Of a DNA stretch of 64,000 nt, positions 10,962-21,726 are shown piece after piece (positions within the stretch are counted from its first letter, which is position 1; each line of letters opens with the position of its first letter). Origin of the DNA: Gammaproteobacteria bacterium (lineage in GTDB: Bacteria; Pseudomonadota; Gammaproteobacteria; Eutrophobiales; Eutrophobiaceae). A program made the position numbers and the translations under genes. Below the pieces are notes generated by a model. That model saw only the letters and a program-made list of their open reading frames with translations, did not search any database and was not told the origin of the DNA. The DNA lies in assembly GCA_965243205.1 (NCBI GenBank), contig CBDEUK010000002.1:1184001-1248000 (forward strand), in the 5' to 3' direction.

Positions 10962-11405
10962 CTAACCTAACCAATTATTATATTTTATTGCACATTCTTT
11001 TATATATTCAGCTCTCGATGCTGGATCGCCTGTAATGGGTACGTCACCAGAACCATTGGTTAATAAGTTATAAGCTGCTAAAACCGATTCTGGTTTTACA
11101 TACCTTGCAGCCCAACAATCAGCTCTATCTTCTAAACTTTTAGGATAAACATTAGGCGGTAGAGGGGTATCGTAATACACGTGATGAGCATAGGTTTGAC
11201 TCATGAAAAAATCACAGGCTTCCCCTATTTGTTCACAATAAACAGGATTATAGACAACGGATGTTCCAAACTCAGGATGCGCTCGATACAAAGAAATATA
11301 TTTTAGATTTTTATCAGGTACTTCCCAAATATGCCTAGTTGCTGGAGCACATGCAAAGAGTACTGAAGTAAGAACGAATAATAATAATAGCTTTAATGGC
11401 TGCAT
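10962..11405 (-). CDS. Lipoprotein resembling a zincin with a degenerate HExxH
   Basis: Lipobox LFAC; FFMSQTYAHH...EDRADCWAA. Confidence 0.6.
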   Translation of the reverse strand: MQPLKLLLLFVLTSVLFACAPATRHIWEVPDKNLKYISLYRAHPEFGTSVVYNPVYCEQIGEACDFFMSQTYAHHVYYDTPLPPNVYPKSLEDRADCWAARYVKPESVLAAYNLLTNGSGDVPITGDPASRAEYIKECAIKYNNWLG

Positions 11406-11433
11406 AATTCTTGTCTCACTTGTTGGATTTTGT

Positions 11434-11931
11434 TCAACTTACATTGTTAATCTTCTCTAGGACAACAAAACTATAATCATGTTCATTTTTTTCATCGGCA
11501 AAATGATCTTCTCTACTGATTTCTTGCCACTGTGAACGATCTAGCTCAGGAAATTCGATATTACCTTTCACTTCAGCATATACTTCCGTCAAATAAAGCT
11601 TATCAGCTTTGGATAAAATTTGACGATAGATTTCTGCACCTCCCATGATCATAACTTCATCCTGTCCTTTACAAAAAATAACTATATCATCGATATCATG
11701 GATCACAGTACATCCTTCAGCACTATACGATCTATCGTGAGTGATGATTATATTTTCTCTACCTGGTAATGGCCGACCAATCGATTCATGAGTTTTCCTT
11801 CCCATAATAATAGGCTTGCCCATTGTAATTTCCTTAAAACGTTTAAGATCGGACGATAAACGCCAAGGCAAATCATTGTCCATACCAATAATATTATTGC
11901 GATCCATCGCTACAATAATTGAAATTTTCAT
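11434..11931 (-). CDS. folA: Dihydrofolate reductase
   Basis: IG..NDLPW, MGRKT, GRPLPGRENII, GGAEIY. Confidence 0.97.
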   Translation of the reverse strand: MKISIIVAMDRNNIIGMDNDLPWRLSSDLKRFKEITMGKPIIMGRKTHESIGRPLPGRENIIITHDRSYSAEGCTVIHDIDDIVIFCKGQDEVMIMGGAEIYRQILSKADKLYLTEVYAEVKGNIEFPELDRSQWQEISREDHFADEKNEHDYSFVVLEKINNVS

Positions 11932-11943
11932 TTAATAGATATT

Positions 11944-14900
11944 TTAATATTTATAATTTTTATAATTTAATCGGAATAAGAAACTATATAACACAGGCAC
12001 TAATATCAAAGTTAGTAATGTCGCAAATGCTAAACCAAAGATAATTGAAATCGCCATAGGCTTAAACATTGCTGTACCACCCCACCATAAAGGCAGCAAA
12101 CCTAATATTGTGGTTGCTGTCGTTAATAAAATAGGTCTTAATCGTTGCAGACACGCAGAGATAACAGCTTCTTGAGCTTGTTTACCCAACTCTTCCATTT
12201 CAATTTTTATACGATCTAACAAGACGATTGCATTATTAATGATAATGCCAGATAAAGAAATCACACCTAGGATTGTAAAAAAACCAAATGAAGAATTAGC
12301 AATGAATAACCCATACGCAACACCAATAATACCCAGAGGTATGGTTGTTAAAATAATAAATGGTCGACGTACTGAATTAAATTGGCCAACTAATAATAAT
12401 AAAATCACCATTAAGGCTATCGGTAATTTTGCTCCAATAGATGCATTGGCATCACCAGAATCTTCTGTTTCACCGCCTTCTTCGTATATATAACCTTTCG
12501 GCCATTGAGTTTGAGCTTGTTGCAACCAAGGTGAAAACGTCTCATTAATTTCAGCTGCTGTTGCATCAGCATGAATTAGTGCTTGGATAGTCATAGTACG
12601 AGTACGATCACGCCGTTCAATTTTTCCTGGTTCAAAAACCAATCGCACATCAGCAACTTGCTTCAAGGGTACTGAATTACCAGTCGATTGTGAATATACA
12701 CTCGTACCATCCAACTTACTGATATCTTGTCTATCAGCAGCTATTGAACGTAACGTAACAGGAATGATCTTATCGCCTTCTCGATATTCAGTCATTTCTA
12801 TTCCAGATAAACTGGCCTTAAGTGAATAAGCAACATCATCACTAGTAACACCAGCTCGTCTCGCTCTTTCTTGATCAACTTCAACCAATAGTTTTTTGGT
12901 TTTTTTCCCCCAGGTATTTTTAACCGATGATACTAAGGGTTCTTCATATAAACGATTAACAACTTCTTCAGAAATTTTATAGAGTTGATTAAATTCAGGA
13001 CCTGATAAACGCACTTGTATAGGATAACCAACCGGCGGACCATTTTCTAAACGGCTTAGCTTTATTCGTAAATCAGGATGATGAGTTTTCGCATAATCTT
13101 CAATACCTTTGATTACCTCTTCTACGTATTTTCCATCCGTTGTATTAGCAATAAAAAATGAATTGGCAGGATTCGAATTAGGAGGATCAATACCAAGAGC
13201 AAACCTTGGCCCACCATCACCAATATAGCTTAACCAATTACTCAACTTAGGCGGCTGTTCTTTAGAATTAACAAAGGTTTTTTCTATATACTGATCTACA
13301 TCAGCCATTACCGCTTGGCTTGTTTCAATTGATGTGCCTAATGGCATTTCAAATGAACCATTAAAAACTGGATCTTCAGATGGCTCAATGAATATTTTTG
13401 GAACGACACCTAATACTTGAATCGATGAATAAAAGATACCAACAATTAATAATCCAAAAATAAATTTATGTTTTAAAGAAGCAATTAATAATCTCTTATA
13501 AAAACTATAATAGATTGAATTAAACTGTTCTTGTATAGGTTTTGAGTTAGTCTTTTTTAATGCCTTCGCCGACAACATCGGAATGATCGTCATCGCCAAG
13601 AACCATGATGTTAATAACGTAATCGTAACGACATAAAAGATATCTGCAGTATATTCACCGACTGCAGATTCAGCCAATGCTATAGGCATAAATGCTGCAC
13701 CTGTCGTTAAAGATGACACTAGTAATGGCAATAATAACTCTCTTCCAGATTCAATCGCTGCATCAACAGACGACAAACCTTGTTCAGATTTTACAATCAC
13801 CGATTCCACCATGACAATTGCATTATCAACCAGTAAACCTAAGGAAATAATCAATGCTGCTAATGAAATTTGATTAATAGTAATGCCAAATATTTGCATG
13901 ACATATAATGAAATAATCATTGCACTTGGGATTAAGGTTGCAACAACAATACCTGTACGTAATCCTAAAAATAAAATCATTACTGCACAAACAATAACTA
14001 TGGCTTGTAATAAATTATTTAAAAAATTATTAACATTCGTTTTAACTAAATTTGCTTGAAACCAGATTTTTTCCAACTCAATACCCCAAGGATATTGAGC
14101 TTGTATATCAGGTATCACTCTATCTAAGACATCACCTAGTTTTAAGATATCACCTCCCTCTTGCATGGAAATTGCGATAGATAAAGCAGGCTTACCATTA
14201 ACTCTCGCAATACTTTTAGGAGGATCAGTGTAATCTCGATAAATATTTGTAATATCACCTAAATATACGACTTCACCATTAGGTAATTGGATCACTGTTC
14301 TTTGTAAATCTTCTAATGATTCAAAGTTTCCAGTAGGTTCTAGTACAATACGTTCACGGCCAGTTATGATATTACCGCCTGATGAAAGTATATTAGCTGT
14401 TGTTAAAACCCCTGATAACTGTTGTGGAGAAACACCAAGCTCAGTTAAGCGTGCATTATTATATTCAACGAATATAACTTCTTCTTGGGCACCATGAATT
14501 TCTACTTTTGCGACAGCAGGTATCTTAAGTAATTGATCTCGAATATCATCGGCAACCGTTTTTAATTCAGCATAACTATATCCATCGCCTGTTAAGCTAT
14601 AAACACTGCCAAATACATCACCAAATTCATCATTCACATAAGGTCCATCAACTCCTTGAGGTAGATCTGGTGTTACATCTTCTACTTTACGCCTTAAATC
14701 ATCGAAAATTGGGCGCATGTTTTTATAGGATTCAAGAAAGTTAACATTAATGATCGAAATACCATTACGCGATTCACTGGTAATAAAATCAATTTCCGGC
14801 ATTTCTTGAATTTTCTTTTCAAGTTTATCGGTAACTAATAATTCAACACGTTCAGGATTTGCGCCTGGCAGACGTGTTGTAACGACAGCGACTCGAATAG

Positions 14901-15021
14901 TAAAGCCAGGGTCTTGTGCCTTGGGTAATTGAACAAAAGCCGATATACCACTTAAGATTAAGATCGTAACTAAGATCAAAACCACGCGGTCATAACGAAA
15001 TGCAATCTGCGTTAAACTCAT
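11944..15021 (-). CDS. RND efflux permease (AcrB/AcrD/AcrF superfamily)
   Basis: 1025 aa, two large periplasmic loops, TM4 LGLLVDNAIV, RLRPILLTT. Confidence 0.95.
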   Translation of the reverse strand: MSLTQIAFRYDRVVLILVTILILSGISAFVQLPKAQDPGFTIRVAVVTTRLPGANPERVELLVTDKLEKKIQEMPEIDFITSESRNGISIINVNFLESYKNMRPIFDDLRRKVEDVTPDLPQGVDGPYVNDEFGDVFGSVYSLTGDGYSYAELKTVADDIRDQLLKIPAVAKVEIHGAQEEVIFVEYNNARLTELGVSPQQLSGVLTTANILSSGGNIITGRERIVLEPTGNFESLEDLQRTVIQLPNGEVVYLGDITNIYRDYTDPPKSIARVNGKPALSIAISMQEGGDILKLGDVLDRVIPDIQAQYPWGIELEKIWFQANLVKTNVNNFLNNLLQAIVIVCAVMILFLGLRTGIVVATLIPSAMIISLYVMQIFGITINQISLAALIISLGLLVDNAIVMVESVIVKSEQGLSSVDAAIESGRELLLPLLVSSLTTGAAFMPIALAESAVGEYTADIFYVVTITLLTSWFLAMTIIPMLSAKALKKTNSKPIQEQFNSIYYSFYKRLLIASLKHKFIFGLLIVGIFYSSIQVLGVVPKIFIEPSEDPVFNGSFEMPLGTSIETSQAVMADVDQYIEKTFVNSKEQPPKLSNWLSYIGDGGPRFALGIDPPNSNPANSFFIANTTDGKYVEEVIKGIEDYAKTHHPDLRIKLSRLENGPPVGYPIQVRLSGPEFNQLYKISEEVVNRLYEEPLVSSVKNTWGKKTKKLLVEVDQERARRAGVTSDDVAYSLKASLSGIEMTEYREGDKIIPVTLRSIAADRQDISKLDGTSVYSQSTGNSVPLKQVADVRLVFEPGKIERRDRTRTMTIQALIHADATAAEINETFSPWLQQAQTQWPKGYIYEEGGETEDSGDANASIGAKLPIALMVILLLLVGQFNSVRRPFIILTTIPLGIIGVAYGLFIANSSFGFFTILGVISLSGIIINNAIVLLDRIKIEMEELGKQAQEAVISACLQRLRPILLTTATTILGLLPLWWGGTAMFKPMAISIIFGLAFATLLTLILVPVLYSFLFRLNYKNYKY

Positions 15022-15023
15022 AA

Positions 15024-16124
15024 CTAATCAATTAACACTTCTAAGTTATCTCGAATCACATTAACGCCAGCAGTAATAACTTTATCACCTTCACTCACAC
15101 CATCTATTATCTCTAAACCTTGAGGTGTAAGTTCACCTACAACAACGGATCGTCGTTTAACAACAGCTATACCTTCTTGATCTGATTGAGTTGCTAAAAA
15201 AACATATTCACCAATAGTATCTTTACCAACTGCAACTGCAGGGATAATAATATGCTCTTGCTTTTTATCAGCATCAAATTCAAATGAAACTTGGGCTGCC
15301 AGCCCTGAACGAAAACCATCAGGTTTATCGTTTAATGCTACTGTTACAGGATACGTTGCACCTGAAGTGGCCGCTACTCCAACCTCAGTTACTGTAGCGG
15401 CATAACGTTTATTAGGCATTGCACTAAAACTTACTGTTGATTTCATACCGCGTTTGATCAATGCGATCATACTTTCCGGTATGGACAAATCGACTTCTAA
15501 ACGGTCACCACAAGTTACAGCAACAATGGTTTGACCTGCTGTAATATTTTCATTGACCTCAGTCAATACCTGAGCCACGTTACATGCTTCATTAGCTTTT
15601 AATTTGGTATAAGAAACATTTAAGCGCGCTAGCTCAAGTGCCTTTCTAGCGGCACGTACTTGTGCAGCACTAGATTCTGAGGAAGCTCTAGCTGCATCTA
15701 AATCGTTTCTCGAAGCATTATTGTTTTCATACAAGCCTTTTACACGTTCAAAGCTTGCTTGCATATTTCTTAATGTTGACTCTGCTTGTGAAAGGTTAGC
15801 TGAAGCTTGTTGAGCTTCTAGTTGATATTGTGAAGGATCAACTTGCGCTATTAATTGTCCTGACTCTAATTGTTGTCCTACTTTGATTGGGATTGATTGT
15901 ATAGATCCACTAACACGAAAACTTAAATTGGATTCTTGCCCAGCTTTTGCAAGCCCAGAAAAAGTACGTATAGTTCCTAAGTCTAATGGCGAAACAGTAA
16001 CGTACCTTACAGGCCTTAATGCTGGTTCAATGATTTGTTCATCATCAGTATTATTGTTACAAGCTGTTAACAATAGAATGAATGCAAACATAAAATATTT
16101 ACATAATCGATTCATAAACTTCAC
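15024..16124 (-). CDS. RND periplasmic adaptor (MFP) lipoprotein
   Basis: Lipobox LTAC, LSFRVSG..VKVGQ lipoyl half, coiled-coil hairpin. Confidence 0.93.
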   Translation of the reverse strand: MKFMNRLCKYFMFAFILLLTACNNNTDDEQIIEPALRPVRYVTVSPLDLGTIRTFSGLAKAGQESNLSFRVSGSIQSIPIKVGQQLESGQLIAQVDPSQYQLEAQQASANLSQAESTLRNMQASFERVKGLYENNNASRNDLDAARASSESSAAQVRAARKALELARLNVSYTKLKANEACNVAQVLTEVNENITAGQTIVAVTCGDRLEVDLSIPESMIALIKRGMKSTVSFSAMPNKRYAATVTEVGVAATSGATYPVTVALNDKPDGFRSGLAAQVSFEFDADKKQEHIIIPAVAVGKDTIGEYVFLATQSDQEGIAVVKRRSVVVGELTPQGLEIIDGVSEGDKVITAGVNVIRDNLEVLID

Positions 16125-16143
16125 CTTAGATAAAAACTATTTA

Positions 16144-18486
16144 CTAATTATTTGATTGATAATATAGATTCAAATCTTGATACCAAGAGTCTAGACCTCC
16201 AGGACTAAGTAACACATCAAAATTTGCAACTGCTCTTTGTATATTGATCCAATCAATCATAAATGAATATTGAGCCTCTATAGAGGACAAATTTGCAGCT
16301 AATGTAGCATCTTGAGCATTGATTAAATCAGTAATTGAAACAACACCTTTCGAATATGAATCAATCACTAACGATAAGTTTTCTTCCGCTGCAGTGGCAG
16401 CATCTCTAGACAATCTTATAGCAGGATAACTACCACTGGCTTGTTGTAACGCTGCTAGTACTCTCGTTTCAATTTGTTGTTTAATATTGTGCATACGATA
16501 TTGGCTTTGGACCAAACTATTATTGGCTCGTGAGACTTCAGCTTTACGTGCACCACCAGCAAACAATGGTAAAGTGGCTTGCAAACCAAGAGTCCAATTA
16601 TCATCTGTAAAATTATTATTATTCTCACCTAAACCACCGCGTTCAATGTTACGACCATACTGAGCATTGACACTGACATCTGGTACATAATATGCCCTCT
16701 TCGCAGCTAAAAGCTCACGTTGATTAGAAGAAATCAAATAATTAATTTCTTGCAATTCAGGCGAGTTATCTAATGCACGCTCTACTTCAAACTGAGTAAA
16801 CCGTTCAAAACTTAAAGGGTTATCAAAAAATCTTTTAAATCGATCACTGCCTAAGATGGTTAATAATTCTGAAATACCTTCATCACTAACAGCAATTTCC
16901 TCTGATTGTTCCATGTTTAAGATACGTTTGAGTTCAGTCTCGGCCTGATCTTTTTGAGCTTGAGAAATATAGAGATTACTTCTGTCTGTTGCCAACTGAC
17001 TTTTCCAACGTAGCATATCAGATCGATCAGAGTATCCAATCTTTAAACGTGTTTCTGCTAACTCTAAATTAGTTTCAGTAACATTGAGATTAGACTCGCG
17101 AATTTTTTCTGTTGCTTGAGTCAATAATAATTGTAAATATGCAGTAGCACTGGTTTGTATAACATCAAGTATGCTTGCTTTTAGAGCAGCATCCTCAGCT
17201 TGCTCTAAATACTTTGCAACGTCATAACCAGATCTTGCTGTTTCGGAATACAATAATTGACTAGCTGTAATGTCAGCATCTGAAGAACGTTGAGCTTGCT
17301 GAAATCCTGCTCTATCACGATCAATCTGAGTAACACCTGCACCTATATCAATTTGTGGTAATAATGGTGAGCGCGCATTATTAACTTGGTCTTGTGCTAT
17401 AGCCAAATCAAGTTTATCGATTTGTAAAGATAAGTTTGAATCAATAGCCTGTTCTACAGCATCAAGTAAATTAATCTGTGTTTTAATACCATTATCTTCT
17501 TTATACAATAAATCGGCTATCTCTAAAATTCTCCATGTAGGTGAATAACCAATAGCCCTAGCAGTTTGCATATTGATAGCTAATTTAGATGGCTGTTCTA
17601 AACCCACTTTTAAATCAGCAGGATCTGCACCTAATAAAATGCTTTGTACATATAAAGCAATTCGCCTTGCATATCGAATCGTATCAACTTCACGACCGCT
17701 TAAGGTCGCCAATAAACCTAACTCTAATTCTTGTCTTCCAAGTAAGGAAAAACTTGGAAGCTTTAATTCAATTAACCGATCTGCAACCTCAGTCATTACC
17801 GATTCATTAAAACGAAACAATGGTGGAAAATAGATTGCGTCTATACTTTGAGGTAAATCATCTGCTAATAATGAGAAAGGATCATCCATAACAGGTAAAA
17901 ATGTAATTTCAAATCCTAAATCTTTTTGTACTTGGTATGTGGTGCCTTTTAATTCAGGTAACGCTTCAATGAATAAGCGATCCACCATAATTGCCAGATG
18001 TTTAAAATTGATTAATTCGTAAAACTGGTTTAGATCTTGGGCAACCGTTCTATCATCACTGATATAAACATAATTATGTTTTCCAGTTTTACCATTATCA
18101 TATGGCAGTTTTTGCAAAGCTCGATCAGCTACAACAGGAGCAATAATCGGCTTTTTTAAATTTTTTATTTTTGAAGCTTCATGTGAACTAAGCAAGCCAT
18201 TAGCAATAATTAAATCTACATCAGGATCATTTAATAAATTATTAAGCTGAGCTTTGATGCCTGAAACTTTCCAATCACCATGCACAAGTTTGCTTTCTGG
18301 AAACTCAATTTTGAATTCTCCAGCTATCAGTTCAGTGATTTCTTTTTTTATTTGCTGAAGCGGTAATATTTCTCTTTGAATATCACCATCTAAAACGATA
18401 CCTATATTGATGGTAGATTTAGCATGTAAGCTTATATTGAAAAAAGTAAAAAAAATAAATAGAAAATATTTTAAGTTATTTTTCAC
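16144..18486 (-). CDS. TolC-family outer-membrane factor fused to an N-terminal ABC-type substrate-binding-like domain
   Basis: Signal peptide; first ~325 aa end in ILLGADPADLKV..KLAINMQTARAIG (ABC_sub_bind-like); the rest has two OEP repeats (ARSPLLPQID; AYYVPDVS..LPLFAGG). Confidence 0.85.
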   Translation of the reverse strand: MKNNLKYFLFIFFTFFNISLHAKSTINIGIVLDGDIQREILPLQQIKKEITELIAGEFKIEFPESKLVHGDWKVSGIKAQLNNLLNDPDVDLIIANGLLSSHEASKIKNLKKPIIAPVVADRALQKLPYDNGKTGKHNYVYISDDRTVAQDLNQFYELINFKHLAIMVDRLFIEALPELKGTTYQVQKDLGFEITFLPVMDDPFSLLADDLPQSIDAIYFPPLFRFNESVMTEVADRLIELKLPSFSLLGRQELELGLLATLSGREVDTIRYARRIALYVQSILLGADPADLKVGLEQPSKLAINMQTARAIGYSPTWRILEIADLLYKEDNGIKTQINLLDAVEQAIDSNLSLQIDKLDLAIAQDQVNNARSPLLPQIDIGAGVTQIDRDRAGFQQAQRSSDADITASQLLYSETARSGYDVAKYLEQAEDAALKASILDVIQTSATAYLQLLLTQATEKIRESNLNVTETNLELAETRLKIGYSDRSDMLRWKSQLATDRSNLYISQAQKDQAETELKRILNMEQSEEIAVSDEGISELLTILGSDRFKRFFDNPLSFERFTQFEVERALDNSPELQEINYLISSNQRELLAAKRAYYVPDVSVNAQYGRNIERGGLGENNNNFTDDNWTLGLQATLPLFAGGARKAEVSRANNSLVQSQYRMHNIKQQIETRVLAALQQASGSYPAIRLSRDAATAAEENLSLVIDSYSKGVVSITDLINAQDATLAANLSSIEAQYSFMIDWINIQRAVANFDVLLSPGGLDSWYQDLNLYYQSNN

Positions 18487-18488
18487 TA

Positions 18489-19283
18489 TTAAACCGCGAT
18501 AGGTGCTTTGATATTAGGATGCGCTTCGTAATTGATTAACTCAAAATCTTCATATTTAAATGAAAAAATATCTTTAACCTCTGGATTGATTTTCATCTTT
18601 GGTAAAGATAAAGGCTCACGTAGCAATTGTTCATCTACTTGCTGCAGATGGTTCATATATAAATGTGCATCACCAAAAGTATGAACAAACTCTCCAGGTT
18701 TTAAATCAGTCACTTGAGCAATCATCATTAATAATAATGCGTAAGAAGCAATGTTAAATGGAACACCTAAAAACACATCAGCACTGCGTTGATATAATTG
18801 ACAAGAAAGTTTTCCATTCGCAACATAAAACTGGAAAAAAGCATGGCAAGGCATTAATGCCATTTTATCTAGTTCACCTACATTCCATGCGCTCACAATC
18901 AAACGTCTTGAATCTGGATTTATTTTTATTTGTTCAATAACATCTTTAATTTGATCAATGGTTCTACCGTCGATGGTTTTCCAACTACGCCATTGCGCTC
19001 CATAAACAGGACCAAGTCCACCATCTTCATCCGCCCATTCATCCCAAATACTTACACCATTATCTTTAAGGTATTGAATATTAGTATCGCCATTTAGAAA
19101 CCATAAAAGTTCATGAATAATGGATTTTAAATGTAATTTTTTAGTCGTTAATACAGGAAACCCTTCCTCCAGATCAAAACGCATTTGGTAACCGAAAACA
19201 CTCAAAGTCCCAGTACCTGTTCTATCATCTTTTTGTACACCATGTTGTTTAACATGTTGCATTAATTCTAAATATTGTTTCAT
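18489..19283 (-). CDS. thyA: Thymidylate synthase
   Basis: Start MKQYLEL at 19283 gives 264 aa; DRTGTGT, MALMPCH, YQRSAD, PFNIASY. Confidence 0.97.
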   Translation of the reverse strand: MKQYLELMQHVKQHGVQKDDRTGTGTLSVFGYQMRFDLEEGFPVLTTKKLHLKSIIHELLWFLNGDTNIQYLKDNGVSIWDEWADEDGGLGPVYGAQWRSWKTIDGRTIDQIKDVIEQIKINPDSRRLIVSAWNVGELDKMALMPCHAFFQFYVANGKLSCQLYQRSADVFLGVPFNIASYALLLMMIAQVTDLKPGEFVHTFGDAHLYMNHLQQVDEQLLREPLSLPKMKINPEVKDIFSFKYEDFELINYEAHPNIKAPIAV

Positions 19284-19288
19284 ATATT

Positions 19289-19897
19289 CTATTTTATTTT
19301 TCTTACTTTTCTTTCTAAGTATTTTACAAGGCCATTCGTAGATTTTCTTTTTAAGATTTTTCGGTATTCTTTTTTGTAGTTCTCTAGCCAACTTTCTCCA
19401 TTCGCATGCAGATCATATATCATCCATGTACCAGAAGATTTTTTTAATTTAACTTCTAATGAAGATATTTTTTGCTCTTCTTTTTTTACGTTCAATGATA
19501 AAGAACTCAAATCTCCTCCAAAAAACTCTATTTTTGATATTTCGACTACTTGTATATTGTAATCTTTTAAATCACTCCATAAATCAAAAGGAATTATTTG
19601 TCTTAATAAATTTGGAATTACTCTTTTTTGTTCGGAAGAAATCCTATTGAATTTTGCACCTATTATATCATGTGCAATATATTCAAAATCTATAAGTGGT
19701 ACTAATTCATTATTTAGTTTTAAACGTTTAATTACATCTGGGATTGAGTCATCTCCTAATATGTTAATAACGTTCTTATGTTTTATATTTAAGGTTTCTT
19801 TAATTTTTTCTTCATCAAAAGATTGTAAAAATTCTGTACAAGAAGTTGTCAGTAAAATTAAAAATAAAATAATTAGTTTTTTAAAAACGAAATTCAT
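19289..19897 (-). CDS. MlaC/Ttg2D-like protein with a lipoprotein-type signal
   Basis: [34 protein letters not shown]...GL; N-terminal LTTSC; start moved to 19897 to avoid overlap with lgt. Confidence 0.75.
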   Translation of the reverse strand: MNFVFKKLIILFLILLTTSCTEFLQSFDEEKIKETLNIKHKNVINILGDDSIPDVIKRLKLNNELVPLIDFEYIAHDIIGAKFNRISSEQKRVIPNLLRQIIPFDLWSDLKDYNIQVVEISKIEFFGGDLSSLSLNVKKEEQKISSLEVKLKKSSGTWMIYDLHANGESWLENYKKEYRKILKRKSTNGLVKYLERKVRKIK

Positions 19898-19920
19898 ATT
19901 GCTACACCAAAAAAAGACGT

Positions 19921-20697
19921 TCAGTGAGAGCGCCAGAATAATACTAATCCAACGATTATCATTGGTACTGACAACAATTGCCCCATAGTGATCCAATCAA
20001 AAGCTATGAACCCTAAATGGCCATCTGGTTGCCGGAAAAACTCTACAATAAATCGGAATAAACCATAAAAGATCAAAAATAATGCGGAAACGCTCATCAA
20101 CGGCCTAGGGCGAGAAGAATATATCCATAATATGACAAATAAAAGAACACCTTCGAGTAAGAATTGATAAATTTGCGAGGGATGCCTTGCAAGCCCTATA
20201 GGCTCAGCGTTTGGAAATACCATTGCCCATGGTACATCGGATATACGACCCCAAAGCTCACCATTAATAAAGTTGCCAACCCTACCTGCACCGAGTCCAA
20301 TCGGCACCACAGGCGCGATCAAATCAGTTGCGGCAAAAAACGACTTTCCTATACTGCGACAATACAAATAAACAGCCAATAAGACACCTATTAAACCACC
20401 ATGGAAAGCCATACCACCTTTCCAAATCTTTAATATTTCCAATGGGTTATCGAGATAGAAAGGGAAATTGTAAAATAATACCGAACCTAAACGGCCCCCG
20501 ACAATAATCCCAATTGTGGCATAAAACACTAGATCTGAAACCTGCTCAGTAGTCCAGTTATATTGGGGCTGTTTGATCCTCTGATTCATCAAATACCATG
20601 CAGCCAGAATTCCAACCACGTAACACAGCCCATACCAGCGAATTTCTAGTGGGCCTAGGGCAATCGCAACTGGATCAATTTCAGGAAATTTCAACAT
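19921..20697 (-). CDS. lgt: Prolipoprotein diacylglyceryl transferase
   Basis: [39 protein letters not shown]. Confidence 0.97.
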   Translation of the reverse strand: MLKFPEIDPVAIALGPLEIRWYGLCYVVGILAAWYLMNQRIKQPQYNWTTEQVSDLVFYATIGIIVGGRLGSVLFYNFPFYLDNPLEILKIWKGGMAFHGGLIGVLLAVYLYCRSIGKSFFAATDLIAPVVPIGLGAGRVGNFINGELWGRISDVPWAMVFPNAEPIGLARHPSQIYQFLLEGVLLFVILWIYSSRPRPLMSVSALFLIFYGLFRFIVEFFRQPDGHLGFIAFDWITMGQLLSVPMIIVGLVLFWRSH

Positions 20698-20759
20698 ATA
20701 AACAATTTATAACCCATATGGATTAGATATAAAAAAATAAACGAATAGTTCTCAAGGAT

Positions 20760-21716
20760 TTGGATATTGTGTCGATAGTTCATAGTATGAATACAACAAT
20801 AAGTAACTCTTTTCCAATACAAATATCCGAAAACCAATCTGACATGTTAGCAACAGACATCTTATATGAGCCTAGAGTCGATATCCAAAAAATCGACGAA
20901 TTACCACCGATGCCGGCTATTGCTAATGAATTATTAACTATTTTAAACGACCCCGATGCCGAAATAGAAGATATCGCAGATATCATCATCAAAGATCCCG
21001 GACTCGCCGCAAAACTACTGGGCCTAGCTAATTCAGCTTTTTTCAGCTTTGGTCGCTCAGTGAACACGATTACTGAAGCCATTATCAATGTACTTGGCCT
21101 TGAACTTGTGAAAGGTTTATCTATTGGGCTTATCATGAGCAATTCATTTGATAGTAATAAATGTAAAAGCTTTGATATTTCTCAATACTGGTCTAATGCC
21201 TTACTCACCGCCAATTTAACTCGCGGTATTGGAAAGATTGGTGAATTTAATGAGGATATTAACCCGGCATTTTTCTATCTATATGGATTACTACATAATT
21301 TAGGCATTCTAGTATTAGCCGATTGCTTCCCTGAGGAAATGGACAATGTCTTCTCTATTAAAGGAAAACATCCTGAAGAAAAACTAAGTATAATTGAAAG
21401 AGAAGAATTAGGAATCACACATTATGAAGCTGGTGTTTTTCTCTCAGAAAGATGGGGGCTTCCAGAAGACATAACCGTTGCTATTGGAGAACATGCGAAC
21501 TTTGATTATAGAAGTTCCCATCATGAAGTAGCACAATTAACCGGCTATTGTTCAAGAATGAGTCAACATGCTTTACACAATACTCCTATTGAAGATAGAA
21601 ATGCACTTATACCTAATTTAATTAATCTGCCTATTGATAAATGTGAAAGCATTATTGAAAAAACAAACTTAAAAATAGATGATGTCAAAGCAATTGCAGC
21701 CAAGATGAATAATTAA
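20760..21716 (+). CDS. HDOD-domain protein (start uncertain, possibly ATG 20787)
   Basis: LPPMP, DPGLAAKLLGLANSAFF, GLLHNLG, THYEAG..L.ERWGLP. Confidence 0.9.
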   Translation: MDIVSIVHSMNTTISNSFPIQISENQSDMLATDILYEPRVDIQKIDELPPMPAIANELLTILNDPDAEIEDIADIIIKDPGLAAKLLGLANSAFFSFGRSVNTITEAIINVLGLELVKGLSIGLIMSNSFDSNKCKSFDISQYWSNALLTANLTRGIGKIGEFNEDINPAFFYLYGLLHNLGILVLADCFPEEMDNVFSIKGKHPEEKLSIIEREELGITHYEAGVFLSERWGLPEDITVAIGEHANFDYRSSHHEVAQLTGYCSRMSQHALHNTPIEDRNALIPNLINLPIDKCESIIEKTNLKIDDVKAIAAKMNN

Positions 21717-21726
21717 TGCCGTAACT

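Noticed and set aside
19284-19391. Apparent N-terminal extension of ThyA overlapping the MlaC-like gene
   Set aside because: ATG 19283 gives the canonical 264-aa ThyA; the extension comes from longest-ORF calling
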